Below, piece by piece: positions 42,504 through 51,626 of a stretch of 64,000 nucleotides of DNA; positions within the stretch are counted from its first letter, which is position 1; every line of letters begins with the position of its first letter. Both the position numbers and the translations under genes were made by a program. The DNA comes from Chloroflexota bacterium (GTDB taxonomy: Bacteria > Chloroflexota > UBA11872 > VXOZ01): contig CAXXVD010000005.1 in the NCBI GenBank assembly GCA_963662335.2, positions 1 through 64,000 on the forward strand, given 5' to 3'. The notes under the pieces are model-generated. The model was not told the DNA's origin, did not search any database, and saw only the letters and a list, made by a program, of their open reading frames with translations.

Positions 42504-45065
42504 CTACGACTCGGCCCCCTCCATCGCCGACGACGATTCTGCCGCCGGCTCCGCCGCCGCGGCGCGCACCGACACCGCCACCGTGGCTTCCGCGCCGAGC
42601 AATGCGCCCACCGGCGCATCGGGAAAGCCGCCGGGCAGATAGACCACGTCTTCCGTGAGCTTGTCGTTCGCCTTTGCCGTAACGGTCAGGTCGGCGCCGT
42701 TGGCCTGGATGCCCACGCTTTCGCCGTCCTCGATGCCGAGGCGCGCCAATTGCGCCGGATGAATCTCGGCGGTTGGCGCTTCAACCAGCCGGCGCAAGTT
42801 GCCACTATAGCGTCCCGTGACGCCGGGGACAAAGAGATGGTCCTGGGTAACCAGGAGCAACTTGCCGTCGCCGTTCACGCTCGGCAGCGCGGGCGGTTCC
42901 TGCCAGGCGAAACGCGGCGCGCTGTGGGTGACGGGGATTTCCGCCAGCACGGCAGCAATCTCCTGGACCACGGAGTCCGAATTGCGGTAGGCCCAGCGCG
43001 CGCCGAGTTGCAGCGCGAGTTCGGTGAAGATTTGCCAATCGGGCTTGGCCTCGCCCACTGGTGGAATTGCCGCCTGCGCCCGCTGCGCGCGGCCTTCCAT
43101 ATTGGTGAACGTGCCGGTCTTCTCGGCAAAGCTGACGGCCGGCAGCACCACGTCGGCGTACTCTGCGGCCGTGGCGTTGACGAAGAGATCTTGCACCACC
43201 ACGAAGCCCGCGCGCTCCAGCAGCGCCTGCGCCTGCTGCCGGTTACGGGCGCTCGTTGCCAGGTCTTCGCCAATGACGTAGAGCACGGACACGTCCGCGC
43301 CCGCCATGAGCGCGTCGAGTGTGTGGCCCGCCGCATCCGGCAGCACCACGTCCCACAGCCGGCCCAGGGCGCTGCGGGCTTGGGCGTCGTCCACGCTGCG
43401 GAAATTGGGCAAGATGTCGGCGCCTGCTCCCATCTGCGCCAGGCCGCGCGAGTTTGCCTTGTTCGCCAGGGGATAGAGGCGCGCTTGCGGCAGGGCAAGC
43501 GTGAGATTAGCCGCGGCCTGGGCCAACGCTTCCGCGCCGCCAATCAGCCAACTGCCCAAGCCCCACACGATACCCACGTTGCCGGCCTCCGCGAGTTGCG
43601 CCGCCGCCTCGCCAATTGCCGCCGCGTCGATACCGGTGTCGGCCGCGGCCCGTTCCAGGCTATAGCCGCGCAGATCGGCCGGCGCGTTTCCGTCCGCGGA
43701 CTGGCGCGCGAGTTCGGCGGCAAGTCCTTGCAGCAAATGTTGCTCCGCGCCGGGGCGCACGCGCAGCACGCGGCGGGCGAAGCGGTCGTCCTGGCGGCTC
43801 GGCAGGCTGCCGGCCTGAATGAGCAACTTGCCCTCGTCGCGCACCCACTGGCGCATTCTCATGCCGAGCACGTCGTGGCTTTCCATGAGGTCGCCGCCGA
43901 CTACCAGGAAGGCGTCCATCTGCTCCATCTGGGAGATCGTGAAGTCGAAGGCCGCCGGCCCAAGCGCGTGCAGCGTGGGAATAAGCGTCCAGCGTTCGGC
44001 GCTGTCGATGTTGTTCGTGCCGACCACCTCGCGCATGAGGCGCGCAATGAGGTAGTTTTCTTCATCCGAGAGACGCCCGGACGTAATCGCCGCAACTGAA
44101 TCCGGACCGTCTTCTGCTTTGGCAGCGGCAATCCGGGCCGCAACCAGGCTCAGCGCTTCATCCCAACTCGCAGGCTCTAGTTGACCGTCCTTCCGCACCA
44201 GGGGCTGCGTAACCCGGCCATCATCGTGAATATAGTCGTAGCCAAAGCGGCCGCGGGTGCAGAGCATGCCGTCGCCCGGCCCCCGGTCGCGGGTGTTGAC
44301 CGGCGTTTGGTCCCGCAGCGCCGGATTGGCTTTCGTGCGCAGCACCTCGCCCATGCGCGTCTCCACGTGCATCTGGCAGCCGACGCTACAGTGGTTGCAG
44401 ACCGACTCGCTCTGGTGGACCTGCCAGGCGCGCCCGCTGTGCATGAACGGCCGGCTGAGCAGCGCGCCGACCGGGCAGACCTCGATGCACTCGCCGCACT
44501 CCACGCAGTCCAGCGGCTCGTCGAACTGGGTGCCAATGTAGCTGTGGAACCCGCGCAGGTTGAAGGTGAGCGCGCTGTCGCCGACGCGCTCGTCGCACAC
44601 GCGCACGCACTTGCCGCAGTAGATGCAGCGGTTTGGGTCCCATTCGATCAGCGGACTGAGTTCGTGATCGGGTTCGTTGGGGTTATCGCTGCCCAGTTTG
44701 CTGCGATAGACGCCGACCTCGTAGGCCGTGTGCTGCAAGTCGCAGACGCCGGACTTATCGCAGTAGGGGCAGTCCAGCGGGTGGTGCTGGAGGGTCATCT
44801 CCATGATGCCCTGCTGGGCGTGCACTACAGGTTCGGTCTTGGTGCTGACCACCATGCCGTCCATCGCCGCCGTGTTGCAGGAAGAGAGCGGCTTGGGCGC
44901 GCGTTCCACCTCCACCACGCACATGCGGCACGCGCCGTACGGCTTGAGGAACGTATCGAAGCACAAAGTTGGAATGTAGATGCCCGCCTGGCGGCACGCA
45001 TCGAGAATCGTCGCGCCGTCGGGCACCGTGACCTCTTGGCCGTCAACTGTCAGTGTTACCGGCAT
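42504..45065 (-). CDS. nuoG: NuoG-like Fe-S subunit (molybdopterin oxidoreductase fold, no Mo-ligand Cys/Sec)
   Basis: IPTLC...GACRMC...C ([2Fe-2S]); HPLDCPYCDKSGVC; CIYCGKCVRVC and CVECGECIEVCP; CNHCSVGC...C; NNIDSAERW where FdhF has its C/U ligand. Confidence 0.85.
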   Translation of the reverse strand: MPVTLTVDGQEVTVPDGATILDACRQAGIYIPTLCFDTFLKPYGACRMCVVEVERAPKPLSSCNTAAMDGMVVSTKTEPVVHAQQGIMEMTLQHHPLDCPYCDKSGVCDLQHTAYEVGVYRSKLGSDNPNEPDHELSPLIEWDPNRCIYCGKCVRVCDERVGDSALTFNLRGFHSYIGTQFDEPLDCVECGECIEVCPVGALLSRPFMHSGRAWQVHQSESVCNHCSVGCQMHVETRMGEVLRTKANPALRDQTPVNTRDRGPGDGMLCTRGRFGYDYIHDDGRVTQPLVRKDGQLEPASWDEALSLVAARIAAAKAEDGPDSVAAITSGRLSDEENYLIARLMREVVGTNNIDSAERWTLIPTLHALGPAAFDFTISQMEQMDAFLVVGGDLMESHDVLGMRMRQWVRDEGKLLIQAGSLPSRQDDRFARRVLRVRPGAEQHLLQGLAAELARQSADGNAPADLRGYSLERAAADTGIDAAAIGEAAAQLAEAGNVGIVWGLGSWLIGGAEALAQAAANLTLALPQARLYPLANKANSRGLAQMGAGADILPNFRSVDDAQARSALGRLWDVVLPDAAGHTLDALMAGADVSVLYVIGEDLATSARNRQQAQALLERAGFVVVQDLFVNATAAEYADVVLPAVSFAEKTGTFTNMEGRAQRAQAAIPPVGEAKPDWQIFTELALQLGARWAYRNSDSVVQEIAAVLAEIPVTHSAPRFAWQEPPALPSVNGDGKLLLVTQDHLFVPGVTGRYSGNLRRLVEAPTAEIHPAQLARLGIEDGESVGIQANGADLTVTAKANDKLTEDVVYLPGGFPDAPVGALLGAEATVAVSVRAAAAEPAAESSSAMEGAES

Positions 45066-45126
45066 CGTTTCCTCTTCTCACCCGCCGCAAGTGTCGGAGA
45101 CCATTTGCCTGCTCTGTTTGTCGCGC

Positions 45127-46332
45127 CTAGCGATCTATCTCACCAAGCACAATATCAATGCTGCCAATCACCGCCACCACGTCGGCCAGCAGCCGCCCTT
45201 TTACCAGGTACGGCAGCGACTGCAAGTTTACAAAGGAAGGCGAGCGCACGTGCATGCGATAGGGCTTGCCGCTGCCGTCGCTGACCACGTAGAAGGCCAG
45301 TTCGCCCTTGGGCGCTTCGATCGCGGCGTAGGTCTCGCCGCGCGGCACCGGAAAGCCGTGGATGTACATCCAGAAGTGGTTGATCATCGCTTCCATGTCG
45401 GTATAGAGGCGCGGCGTATCCGGCCGGCCGACGCGCGCGTCGTCAGTCATCACGGGCCCCGGCGGCATGTGTTCGATTACCTGGCGCATGATGCGCACGC
45501 TCTGGCGCATCTCCTCGATGCGCAGAATGTACCGGCTGTAGACGTCGCCCTTGCCGGTGCCGGTGGGCACGTCGAACTCCACCTTGTCGTAGGCGGCATA
45601 GGGTTCGGCTTTGCGGATGTCCCACTCCACGCCCGAGCCGCGCAAGCACGGGCCGGAAAGTCCCATGGCGATCGCGTCGTCGGCGGTAATCACGCCCACG
45701 TCCACCGTACGGCCAATCCAAAGGTCATTCTTGGAGAGCAACTTGTCGAACTGGTCGATTTCCTTTACGAAGTAGTCGAAGAGGCTCTCCAGCTTCTCGT
45801 AGAAAGGCTCGCGGGGTTCTTCCAGGAAACCGCCGGGGCGCATCACGCTGTGGGTCATGCGCGCGCCGCACAACTCTTCGAATAGTTCGAGGACACGTTC
45901 GCGGGCGCGAAAGGCGTAGAGGAAGACGGACATGGCGCCGATGTCCAGCGCGTGGGTGCCGATCCAGACCAGATGTCCCGCCAGCCTGCCCAGTTCGCCC
46001 ACGATGCAGCGCAGCCACTGGGCGCGTTCCGGTACCTCGATGCCGGCCAGCGCCTCGACCGCCACCAGCCAACCCAGATTGCTGGAGGCCGCGGCGGTGT
46101 AGTCCATGCGGTCGGTATACCCGAGTATCTGGGTGTACGTCTCGCTCTCGGCGATCTTTTCCGTGCCGCGATGGAGATAGCCGATGATGGGCACGGCTTC
46201 CTCGATGTACTCGCCGTCCATCTTGAGCACGACCCGCAGCACGCCGTGGGTGCTGGGATGCTGCGGCCCCATGTTCAGGATGAGGCCCGAATCATCTTCA
46301 CCGGCAATGCGTTCGATCTCAACCGTTGCCAT
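45127..46332 (-). CDS. nuoD: NADH-quinone oxidoreductase subunit D
   Basis: NMGPQHPSTHGVLR, GYLHRGTEK, EAPKGEL, DIVLGEIDR. Confidence 0.97.
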   Translation of the reverse strand: MATVEIERIAGEDDSGLILNMGPQHPSTHGVLRVVLKMDGEYIEEAVPIIGYLHRGTEKIAESETYTQILGYTDRMDYTAAASSNLGWLVAVEALAGIEVPERAQWLRCIVGELGRLAGHLVWIGTHALDIGAMSVFLYAFRARERVLELFEELCGARMTHSVMRPGGFLEEPREPFYEKLESLFDYFVKEIDQFDKLLSKNDLWIGRTVDVGVITADDAIAMGLSGPCLRGSGVEWDIRKAEPYAAYDKVEFDVPTGTGKGDVYSRYILRIEEMRQSVRIMRQVIEHMPPGPVMTDDARVGRPDTPRLYTDMEAMINHFWMYIHGFPVPRGETYAAIEAPKGELAFYVVSDGSGKPYRMHVRSPSFVNLQSLPYLVKGRLLADVVAVIGSIDIVLGEIDR

Positions 46333-46371
46333 CAGCCGCTCTCGCTACTCCTCTGGACAGTGGCTGCCGCG

Positions 46372-46845
46372 CTAGAGCCCCTCTCGGGGAAAATCCTTGC
46401 GCAACGGGTGGTATTCGTAGTCTTCATCCATCAGAATGCGCCGCAGGTCGGGATGATTTACAAACTGCACGCCCATCAGGTCGTAGACCTCGCGCTCCGG
46501 CCAATCCGCCCCCGGCCAGACCTGCGCCATGGACTCCACCGCTTCAGCGGCGGCAATGCGGGTCTTGACCCGGATGCTGCGGTTTTCCGGAATCGAGCGC
46601 AGGTGGTAGACCACTTCGTATTCTTGCGTTTCGCCCGGCCAATGCACCGCCGTCACGTCGCCAAAGTAGTTGAAGCGCAGTTCCGGCTCGTCGCGCAGCG
46701 CCGTGGCGACCGCCAGTAGATCCGATGCGGCGATCTCAATGGTCAGCAGATTGCTCCGTGTGTTGGCGGCGGAGACCTTATCTCCCAAGACCGCACGCAC
46801 GCGCTCGTGGAGACTGTCGGCGGCAACCGGCGGCGGAATGCTCAC
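46372..46845 (-). CDS. nuoC: NADH-quinone oxidoreductase subunit C
   Basis: EVVYHL, ADWPEREVYDLMGV.F..HPDLRRIL, HPLRKDFP; GTG start inferred. Confidence 0.94.
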   Translation of the reverse strand: MSIPPPVAADSLHERVRAVLGDKVSAANTRSNLLTIEIAASDLLAVATALRDEPELRFNYFGDVTAVHWPGETQEYEVVYHLRSIPENRSIRVKTRIAAAEAVESMAQVWPGADWPEREVYDLMGVQFVNHPDLRRILMDEDYEYHPLRKDFPREGL

Positions 46846-46853
46846 GAATGCCG

Positions 46854-47411
46854 TTACTCCTTGGCGCCGGCGGCGCGCGCGGTGAGCAGCGCCTCTTCCG
46901 CGCCGGCCCACTCGCCCTGCTTGATCTTCTGCTGGAGCAGCATCAACCCTTCCAGCAGCGCCTCCGGCCGCGGCGGGCAGCCGGGGACGTAGATGTCAAC
47001 CGGCACCGCCAGGTCTACGCCCTGGAGCACGCTGTACGAGCGGTACGGGCCGCCGCACGTGGCGCAATTGCCGTGGGCGATTACCCAACACGGCCGCGGC
47101 ATCTGTTCCCAGAGGTTGCGAATGATGGGCGCCATCTTCTTGGTGACCGTACCGGCGACGATCATCACGTCCGACTGCCGCGGCGTCGCGCGGAAGGCCA
47201 TGCCAAAGCGGTCCGCGTCATAGTGCGACGCAAAGAGCGACATCATCTCGATCGCGCAGCACGCCAGGCCAAACGTCATCGGGAACAGCGAGTTCGCCCG
47301 CCCCCAATTCAGGATTTGATCGGCGGAGGCCAGCACGAAGCCGGAAGCGCCCGTCTTCTGGCCGGCGGCTTGCGCCCCGGGCAAGGTAAGGGTATCTTCT
47401 ACAGCCCCCAA
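46854..47411 (-). CDS. nuoB: NADH-quinone oxidoreductase subunit B
   Basis: [37 protein letters not shown]; TTG start after AGGAG. Confidence 0.96.
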   Translation of the reverse strand: MGAVEDTLTLPGAQAAGQKTGASGFVLASADQILNWGRANSLFPMTFGLACCAIEMMSLFASHYDADRFGMAFRATPRQSDVMIVAGTVTKKMAPIIRNLWEQMPRPCWVIAHGNCATCGGPYRSYSVLQGVDLAVPVDIYVPGCPPRPEALLEGLMLLQQKIKQGEWAGAEEALLTARAAGAKE

Positions 47412-47776
47412 TCGAACGCTCCTTTCTTCCACGCGTACACGTAGCCTACGAGCAGGATTCCTATGAATATCGCCATTTCAACCAGGCCGAAGAGACCCAG
47501 CGACGCAATGATGACGGCCCACGGAAAGAGGAACGCGAGTTCGAGGTCGAAGACCACGTAGACGATCGCGACCATGTAGAAGTGGATGCCGTGCTTGCCG
47601 CGGGTATCGCCCACCACGCCGCTCGGCCCAATTCCCGATTCGTAGGGCACCGTGCGCAGCGGGCCGGGGCGAAACTTGGGCCGCAGCACGGAGGCGAGCG
47701 CGAGCGTGATGATCCCAAAGGCGGACGCCGCGACGAAGGTCACCAAGAACGGAATGTACCCGACGTAGTACTCCAT
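47399..47776 (-). CDS. nuoA: NADH-quinone oxidoreductase subunit A
   Basis: PYESG, FY...[21 protein letters not shown]. Confidence 0.96.
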   Translation of the reverse strand: MEYYVGYIPFLVTFVAASAFGIITLALASVLRPKFRPGPLRTVPYESGIGPSGVVGDTRGKHGIHFYMVAIVYVVFDLELAFLFPWAVIIASLGLFGLVEMAIFIGILLVGYVYAWKKGAFDWGL

Positions 47777-47888
47777 GTCCTCTCCTCTGGGCGTCCGGCT
47801 TGCCGCCAGCCGTGCGCTCCCCGCGCTGCGGTCTTATGATGACCGATTTCGCCGCTCTTTACAAGGCCGCGCCGTCCCGCGGCATTCG

Positions 47889-48602
47889 TCAGCCGGACGC
47901 CACGGTTTGAACGCCGCTGGGACTGCCATTGGGCGCGGCATCGTTGGCAAAATCGGCGCTTCCGGTGACGCTCTCCCGCAAGAGATACGACAGATACTCT
48001 ACTTCGATTGAAAGGTCAACACTTGCCAAGTAGACGTGGGACGGCACCCGCAGCGTCACGGGCGCGAAATTGAGCAAACAGCGCACGCCGGCCTCGATAA
48101 GCTGTTCGGTAACGGCTTGCGCCGCTCTGGCGGGCACGGCAACGAGCGCCATGAAGATCTGGCGCTCTTGGATGGTATCCTTTACCTGATCCATCGGCTT
48201 GACGATGACGTCGCGGATTACCGCGCCAACGCGGCGCGGATCAGAATCGAAAGCCTCGACGATGCGGAAACCCTGACGCGGGAAGCCGTCATAGGCAAGC
48301 AGCGCGGAGCCGAGATTGCCCACGCCGACGAGCGCCATCGGCCAGCCTTCGCCAATCCCCAGGATCTGCTGCACGTGCGCCAGCAGCGATTGGACCTCGT
48401 ACCCCACACCGCGCCGGCCAAAGCTGCCAAAATACGCCAGGTCGCGGCGCACCTGGGCGGCAGTGGAACCGGTCAACGTGGAAAGATGCTCGGAGGAGAT
48501 GCTCTCTACCCCCTGCTCCTGCAGCGCGGCCAACGTACGATAGTACATAGAGAGGCGCCGGATCGCCATCTGCGGCGCTTTTCCCCGCGGTGTGCCAGAC
48601 AT
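47889..48602 (-). CDS. rex: Redox-sensing transcriptional repressor Rex
   Basis: IRRLSMYYR, ISSEHL, QVRRDLAYFGSFGRRGVGY, VGVGNLGSAL, LNFAP. Confidence 0.95.
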   Translation of the reverse strand: MSGTPRGKAPQMAIRRLSMYYRTLAALQEQGVESISSEHLSTLTGSTAAQVRRDLAYFGSFGRRGVGYEVQSLLAHVQQILGIGEGWPMALVGVGNLGSALLAYDGFPRQGFRIVEAFDSDPRRVGAVIRDVIVKPMDQVKDTIQERQIFMALVAVPARAAQAVTEQLIEAGVRCLLNFAPVTLRVPSHVYLASVDLSIEVEYLSYLLRESVTGSADFANDAAPNGSPSGVQTVASG

Positions 48603-48631
48603 GGGCGCTCCCCGTTCCAGAGGCACTAGCC

Positions 48632-48649
48632 ACGTGAAACATATCACAA
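48632..48649. promoter_or_regulatory. Rex operator upstream of rex-nuo
   Basis: ACGTGAAACATATCACAA versus consensus TTGTGAAN4TTCACAA (3 mismatches); an extra TCACAA half-site near 48680. Confidence 0.65.
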
Positions 48650-48786
48650 GCTCCCAGCACGCGCAACTGGAAGGGCATCTCACAAGTTGGAGAGACGCGC
48701 CAAGGCAAAAGCGGTTAGCGGGGAGTGGGTGTATTGCGCGCAGCACGGAGCGCACGCCGAGCGGGTCGCTCATCCCGTGGCTGCGT

Positions 48787-50592
48787 CTACGGTCCCGCCT
48801 GCTCCTGCGGCAAGTCCAATTTCGTGCCGATGACCCACCGCTCTCGCCATGGCCTGTACTTGCTGCGGAAGCGGTCGAGGCGGGGCACACCGTCTGCCAC
48901 GACCTCGCGCTGGATCTCGGCATCCACGCCGTCAACCGCCCATTCGATCTGCTTCCGCTCGCCGAAAGGAAGCTCGGGGTCCGGCTTGTCCGGCAGCGGC
49001 GGCCCGTGTTCCACCCAGTTCTTGGCAATGGCCGGCAGCATGCGCACGGTGCGCTGCAGGCTGCGCCCGTGCAGCGCGAACTTGAGTTCCATGGATTCCT
49101 CGTCAACGTGCGTTTGAATCAGGATGGGGTGCTCTGAATCGTTGACGAACCTGAGATCGACGCCTGGGCTATAGATGGCGGCGTCGAACCCCGGCGGGCT
49201 GCCGTCGCGCTCATAGTAGCCCACGCGGTACGTGTGCTGATTGCGCTCGGCTATCGGCAACCCCGCCCAAAAGGCGGCGCGGAACATGGTGGTGGAAACC
49301 TGGCAGACACCGCCACCGTCGCCCTGCACGGTCTTGTCACCCCAAATGATGAGGCTCGACTGATAGCCGGTCTCTTTGCTAATGGGGCCGAGGGTCTCGA
49401 GAAACGAGAACGTCGCGCCGGGCGGAATCACGTAACCGTGCAACTTGGTGGCAGCCAAGGCGATGTTGTAGGCGCGTTCCGGCGGCGAACCTTTGAAGAG
49501 GGAGACGCCTTCCGCAATCAGGTTTTCAAAGCCCCAGTCCCGCATGTTTGCCGCCGTGTAGACCGGTTCTTCCACGTCCGCCGGCAGATAGAGCGCCGTG
49601 ACGCCCTGCCGGATAGCGGCCTGGGCCGTGGCCAGAATCGTCTCCGTATCCGTGTGATAGCCGACCGCGGCGGGTGTTGCCACGGTCACGTCGTCGCCAT
49701 CCACGGTAAACCGCGCGTTCTTGACGGGACGGGCGGCCTCGGCGGCAATCGGTTCCAGCCAGTCGTGCAGCCGCTGCCGCTCGCCAATGACTTCCAGGCG
49801 GCCTTGGTCCGGGTCTTGCTGGATCTCCAGCCAGGGCGTCAGCGTTCTCCCGGAAAGCTGCCACGACTTGCCGCCTAGTCCGAAGCGCAGCCCTTCCGCC
49901 ACCAGCCGTTCGAAGATGGCCTTGACCTGTTCCGCCCGGCGCAGCGTGATCGGCGCCTCGAGGGTAACGACGGGCAGCGCGATGCTCTGGCGTGAAGGCG
50001 GGTCCGCCGGCAGCCGCATTTGATTGATGATCGCTTCCCGGTCGAGGCGCTTGCCGTCTACGCCGGGCACGATACGCACCCGGTCGGCCTGGCGCTCGAG
50101 GAGCGAACTGACCGGGGAACGATCGATCTGGGCGGCAATCATGTTCAGGAAGCGCAAGGCCACCGCGGAATCCAAGAGCACGGGCAGCGCGACCTGATTG
50201 CGCGCGCTCAACCCAAGGAACCAGGTCCACATGCGCCGCTTCTGCGAGTCAAACGCGCTGCCGATCGCGCGCTCGATGTCCACCAGGATGCCGATTTCAG
50301 ATGCCGTTGGCGCCCACCTGGTCTCCTGGTGGGCGAACACGACCGGGTTATGGAGATAGTCATTCCACAGGCTGTGCACGTGCGCGCTGGCCTCCGCTTG
50401 GGATAAGCCGGAGATGTCCACGGAGCCGACGAACGTGCCGGGCAAGGCGTACGCGCCAGCCTGGGAACGCAACACGCCGGATACCGACCCGCCGGCTAAA
50501 GCAGTGATAGGTACGGCCGCCATCCCCAAGAGGACGCGCCGGGTGACGAACCGTGAACCGGTTTTCCAAGCGAACCGCGACTGCATAGGCAT
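48787..50592 (-). CDS. VanW family protein with PG_binding_4-like domains
   Basis: RAYNI, PGATFSF, GGGVCQVSTTMFRAA, ERNQH, GFDAAIY, DLRFVND; N-terminal membrane anchor. Confidence 0.9.
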   Translation of the reverse strand: MPMQSRFAWKTGSRFVTRRVLLGMAAVPITALAGGSVSGVLRSQAGAYALPGTFVGSVDISGLSQAEASAHVHSLWNDYLHNPVVFAHQETRWAPTASEIGILVDIERAIGSAFDSQKRRMWTWFLGLSARNQVALPVLLDSAVALRFLNMIAAQIDRSPVSSLLERQADRVRIVPGVDGKRLDREAIINQMRLPADPPSRQSIALPVVTLEAPITLRRAEQVKAIFERLVAEGLRFGLGGKSWQLSGRTLTPWLEIQQDPDQGRLEVIGERQRLHDWLEPIAAEAARPVKNARFTVDGDDVTVATPAAVGYHTDTETILATAQAAIRQGVTALYLPADVEEPVYTAANMRDWGFENLIAEGVSLFKGSPPERAYNIALAATKLHGYVIPPGATFSFLETLGPISKETGYQSSLIIWGDKTVQGDGGGVCQVSTTMFRAAFWAGLPIAERNQHTYRVGYYERDGSPPGFDAAIYSPGVDLRFVNDSEHPILIQTHVDEESMELKFALHGRSLQRTVRMLPAIAKNWVEHGPPLPDKPDPELPFGERKQIEWAVDGVDAEIQREVVADGVPRLDRFRSKYRPWRERWVIGTKLDLPQEQAGP

Positions 50593-50827
50593 GTCAAGGC
50601 TCCGGAAAGCTGTCTGCCGCTTCTGCGCGTAGTGTAACCCGCTCGCAAGCAGCTAATGCGAAAAGTCGCCGGCTCACGTAAGTGGGGCAGAGTCGGCTCC
50701 GCGGGAAATCCGCGCGAGGCGCGGCGCCCTTGTTTCGCAATGCAGTATGTCTCATTGCTTTGCGCCTGAACGAAAGAGCAAAAACGTGTATTCCGATTGG
50801 CAATGAAGGCAAAGCGGGGCCACGTTC

Positions 50828-50990
50828 GGAAGGTGAAAAGCGGCCAGAAGGATTTGGCGCATTTGCCGGATTCGTCGAAGGTGCGGCGCCACACACTTCA
50901 GGAGAGAAATCTCGGGGCGAGCAAGGCCATCGTCGTTGCATGGTCTATGAACCCCACAGCAAATGCGCCTGCGCGGCTTTCTTACTCCCC
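50828..50990 (-). ncRNA. Candidate multibranch structured RNA
   Basis: Extended -10 TGcTATACT (50994-51002, minus strand); perfect inverted repeat GGCGCATTTGC at 50856-66/50959-69 enclosing three hairpins; no credible ORF. Confidence 0.4.
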
Positions 50991-51059
50991 TATAGTATAG
51001 CACTAGGGAGCTAGAGTGTCTTGCCGCTCGTTTCTGGCCACTATCGGCGGGGCATCGTT

Positions 51060-51455
51060 CTAGTCGAAAACGGCAATCGCGTCAATCTCCACCAGCCAAT
51101 CCTCACCGGAGAGGGAGCCGATTTGCACCATGGTGGCGGTGGGGTACGGCGGCGCGAAGATCTCATTGCGGATGCCGGTGACGACGGCGCGGAAGCGGAT
51201 GTCGGTGACGTACATGTTGAGGTGCGCCACGTTTGCCAGCGAGCCGCCCGCCGCCCGGCAGAGCGCCTCGATGTTGGCGTAGACCTTGCGCGCCTGCGCC
51301 TCGATGTCGCCCTTGCCCACCAGGTCGCCGTTCTCGTCCACGGGAAACTGGCCGGCGATAAAGAGGAGGCGCTTGCCGCCTTCGATCATCAGGCCCTGCG
51401 AAAAGTTGCTGAACGGCGGGCAGACGCCCTCGCCGAGGATAGTCTCTTTCTTCAA
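51060..51455 (-). CDS. RidA family protein
   Basis: FSQG, LFIAGQ, GDIEAQ, PTATMVQI..L....WLVEIDAIA; TTG start after AGGAG. Confidence 0.92.
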   Translation of the reverse strand: MKKETILGEGVCPPFSNFSQGLMIEGGKRLLFIAGQFPVDENGDLVGKGDIEAQARKVYANIEALCRAAGGSLANVAHLNMYVTDIRFRAVVTGIRNEIFAPPYPTATMVQIGSLSGEDWLVEIDAIAVFD

Positions 51456-51487
51456 AGCGCTACTCCTTTGCTTCACTCTCGGACGCT

Positions 51488-51516
51488 CTAGATTCCTCGC
51501 TGCGCTCGGAATGACA
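51488..51516. repeat. REP-like family 3, single copy
   Basis: CTAGATTCCTCGCTGCGCTCGGAATGACA is the reverse complement of the 34849 arm. Confidence 0.88.
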
Positions 51517-51562
51517 CGAAACAAACACACGCGAACAAGCAAGCGGCATTTGCCGACAAGCA

Positions 51563-51592
51563 TTCGCCCCCTCTTCGGCGAGAGGGGGCGAA
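51563..51592 (-). terminator. Hairpin terminator after the solute-binding protein gene
   Basis: TTCGCCCCCTCT-tcggcg-AGAGGGGGCGAA, 12-bp stem; weak U-tract. Confidence 0.6.
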
Positions 51593-51626
51593 CGTATGAC
51601 CAATGCCACGCCAGGAAGAAATGGCC

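Noticed and set aside
42504-45065. Formate dehydrogenase alpha subunit
   Set aside because: No Cys/Sec-His at the Mo-ligand position, and the gene occupies the nuoG slot.
50656-50990. RNase P RNA on + (AAAAGTCG..., AGGTGAAA, GAGCAAGGCC, CGGCTTT resemble conserved regions)
   Set aside because: The canonical GAGGAAAGUCC and ACAGAACCCGGCUUA cores are absent, and the promoter and most G-U pairs favour the minus strand.
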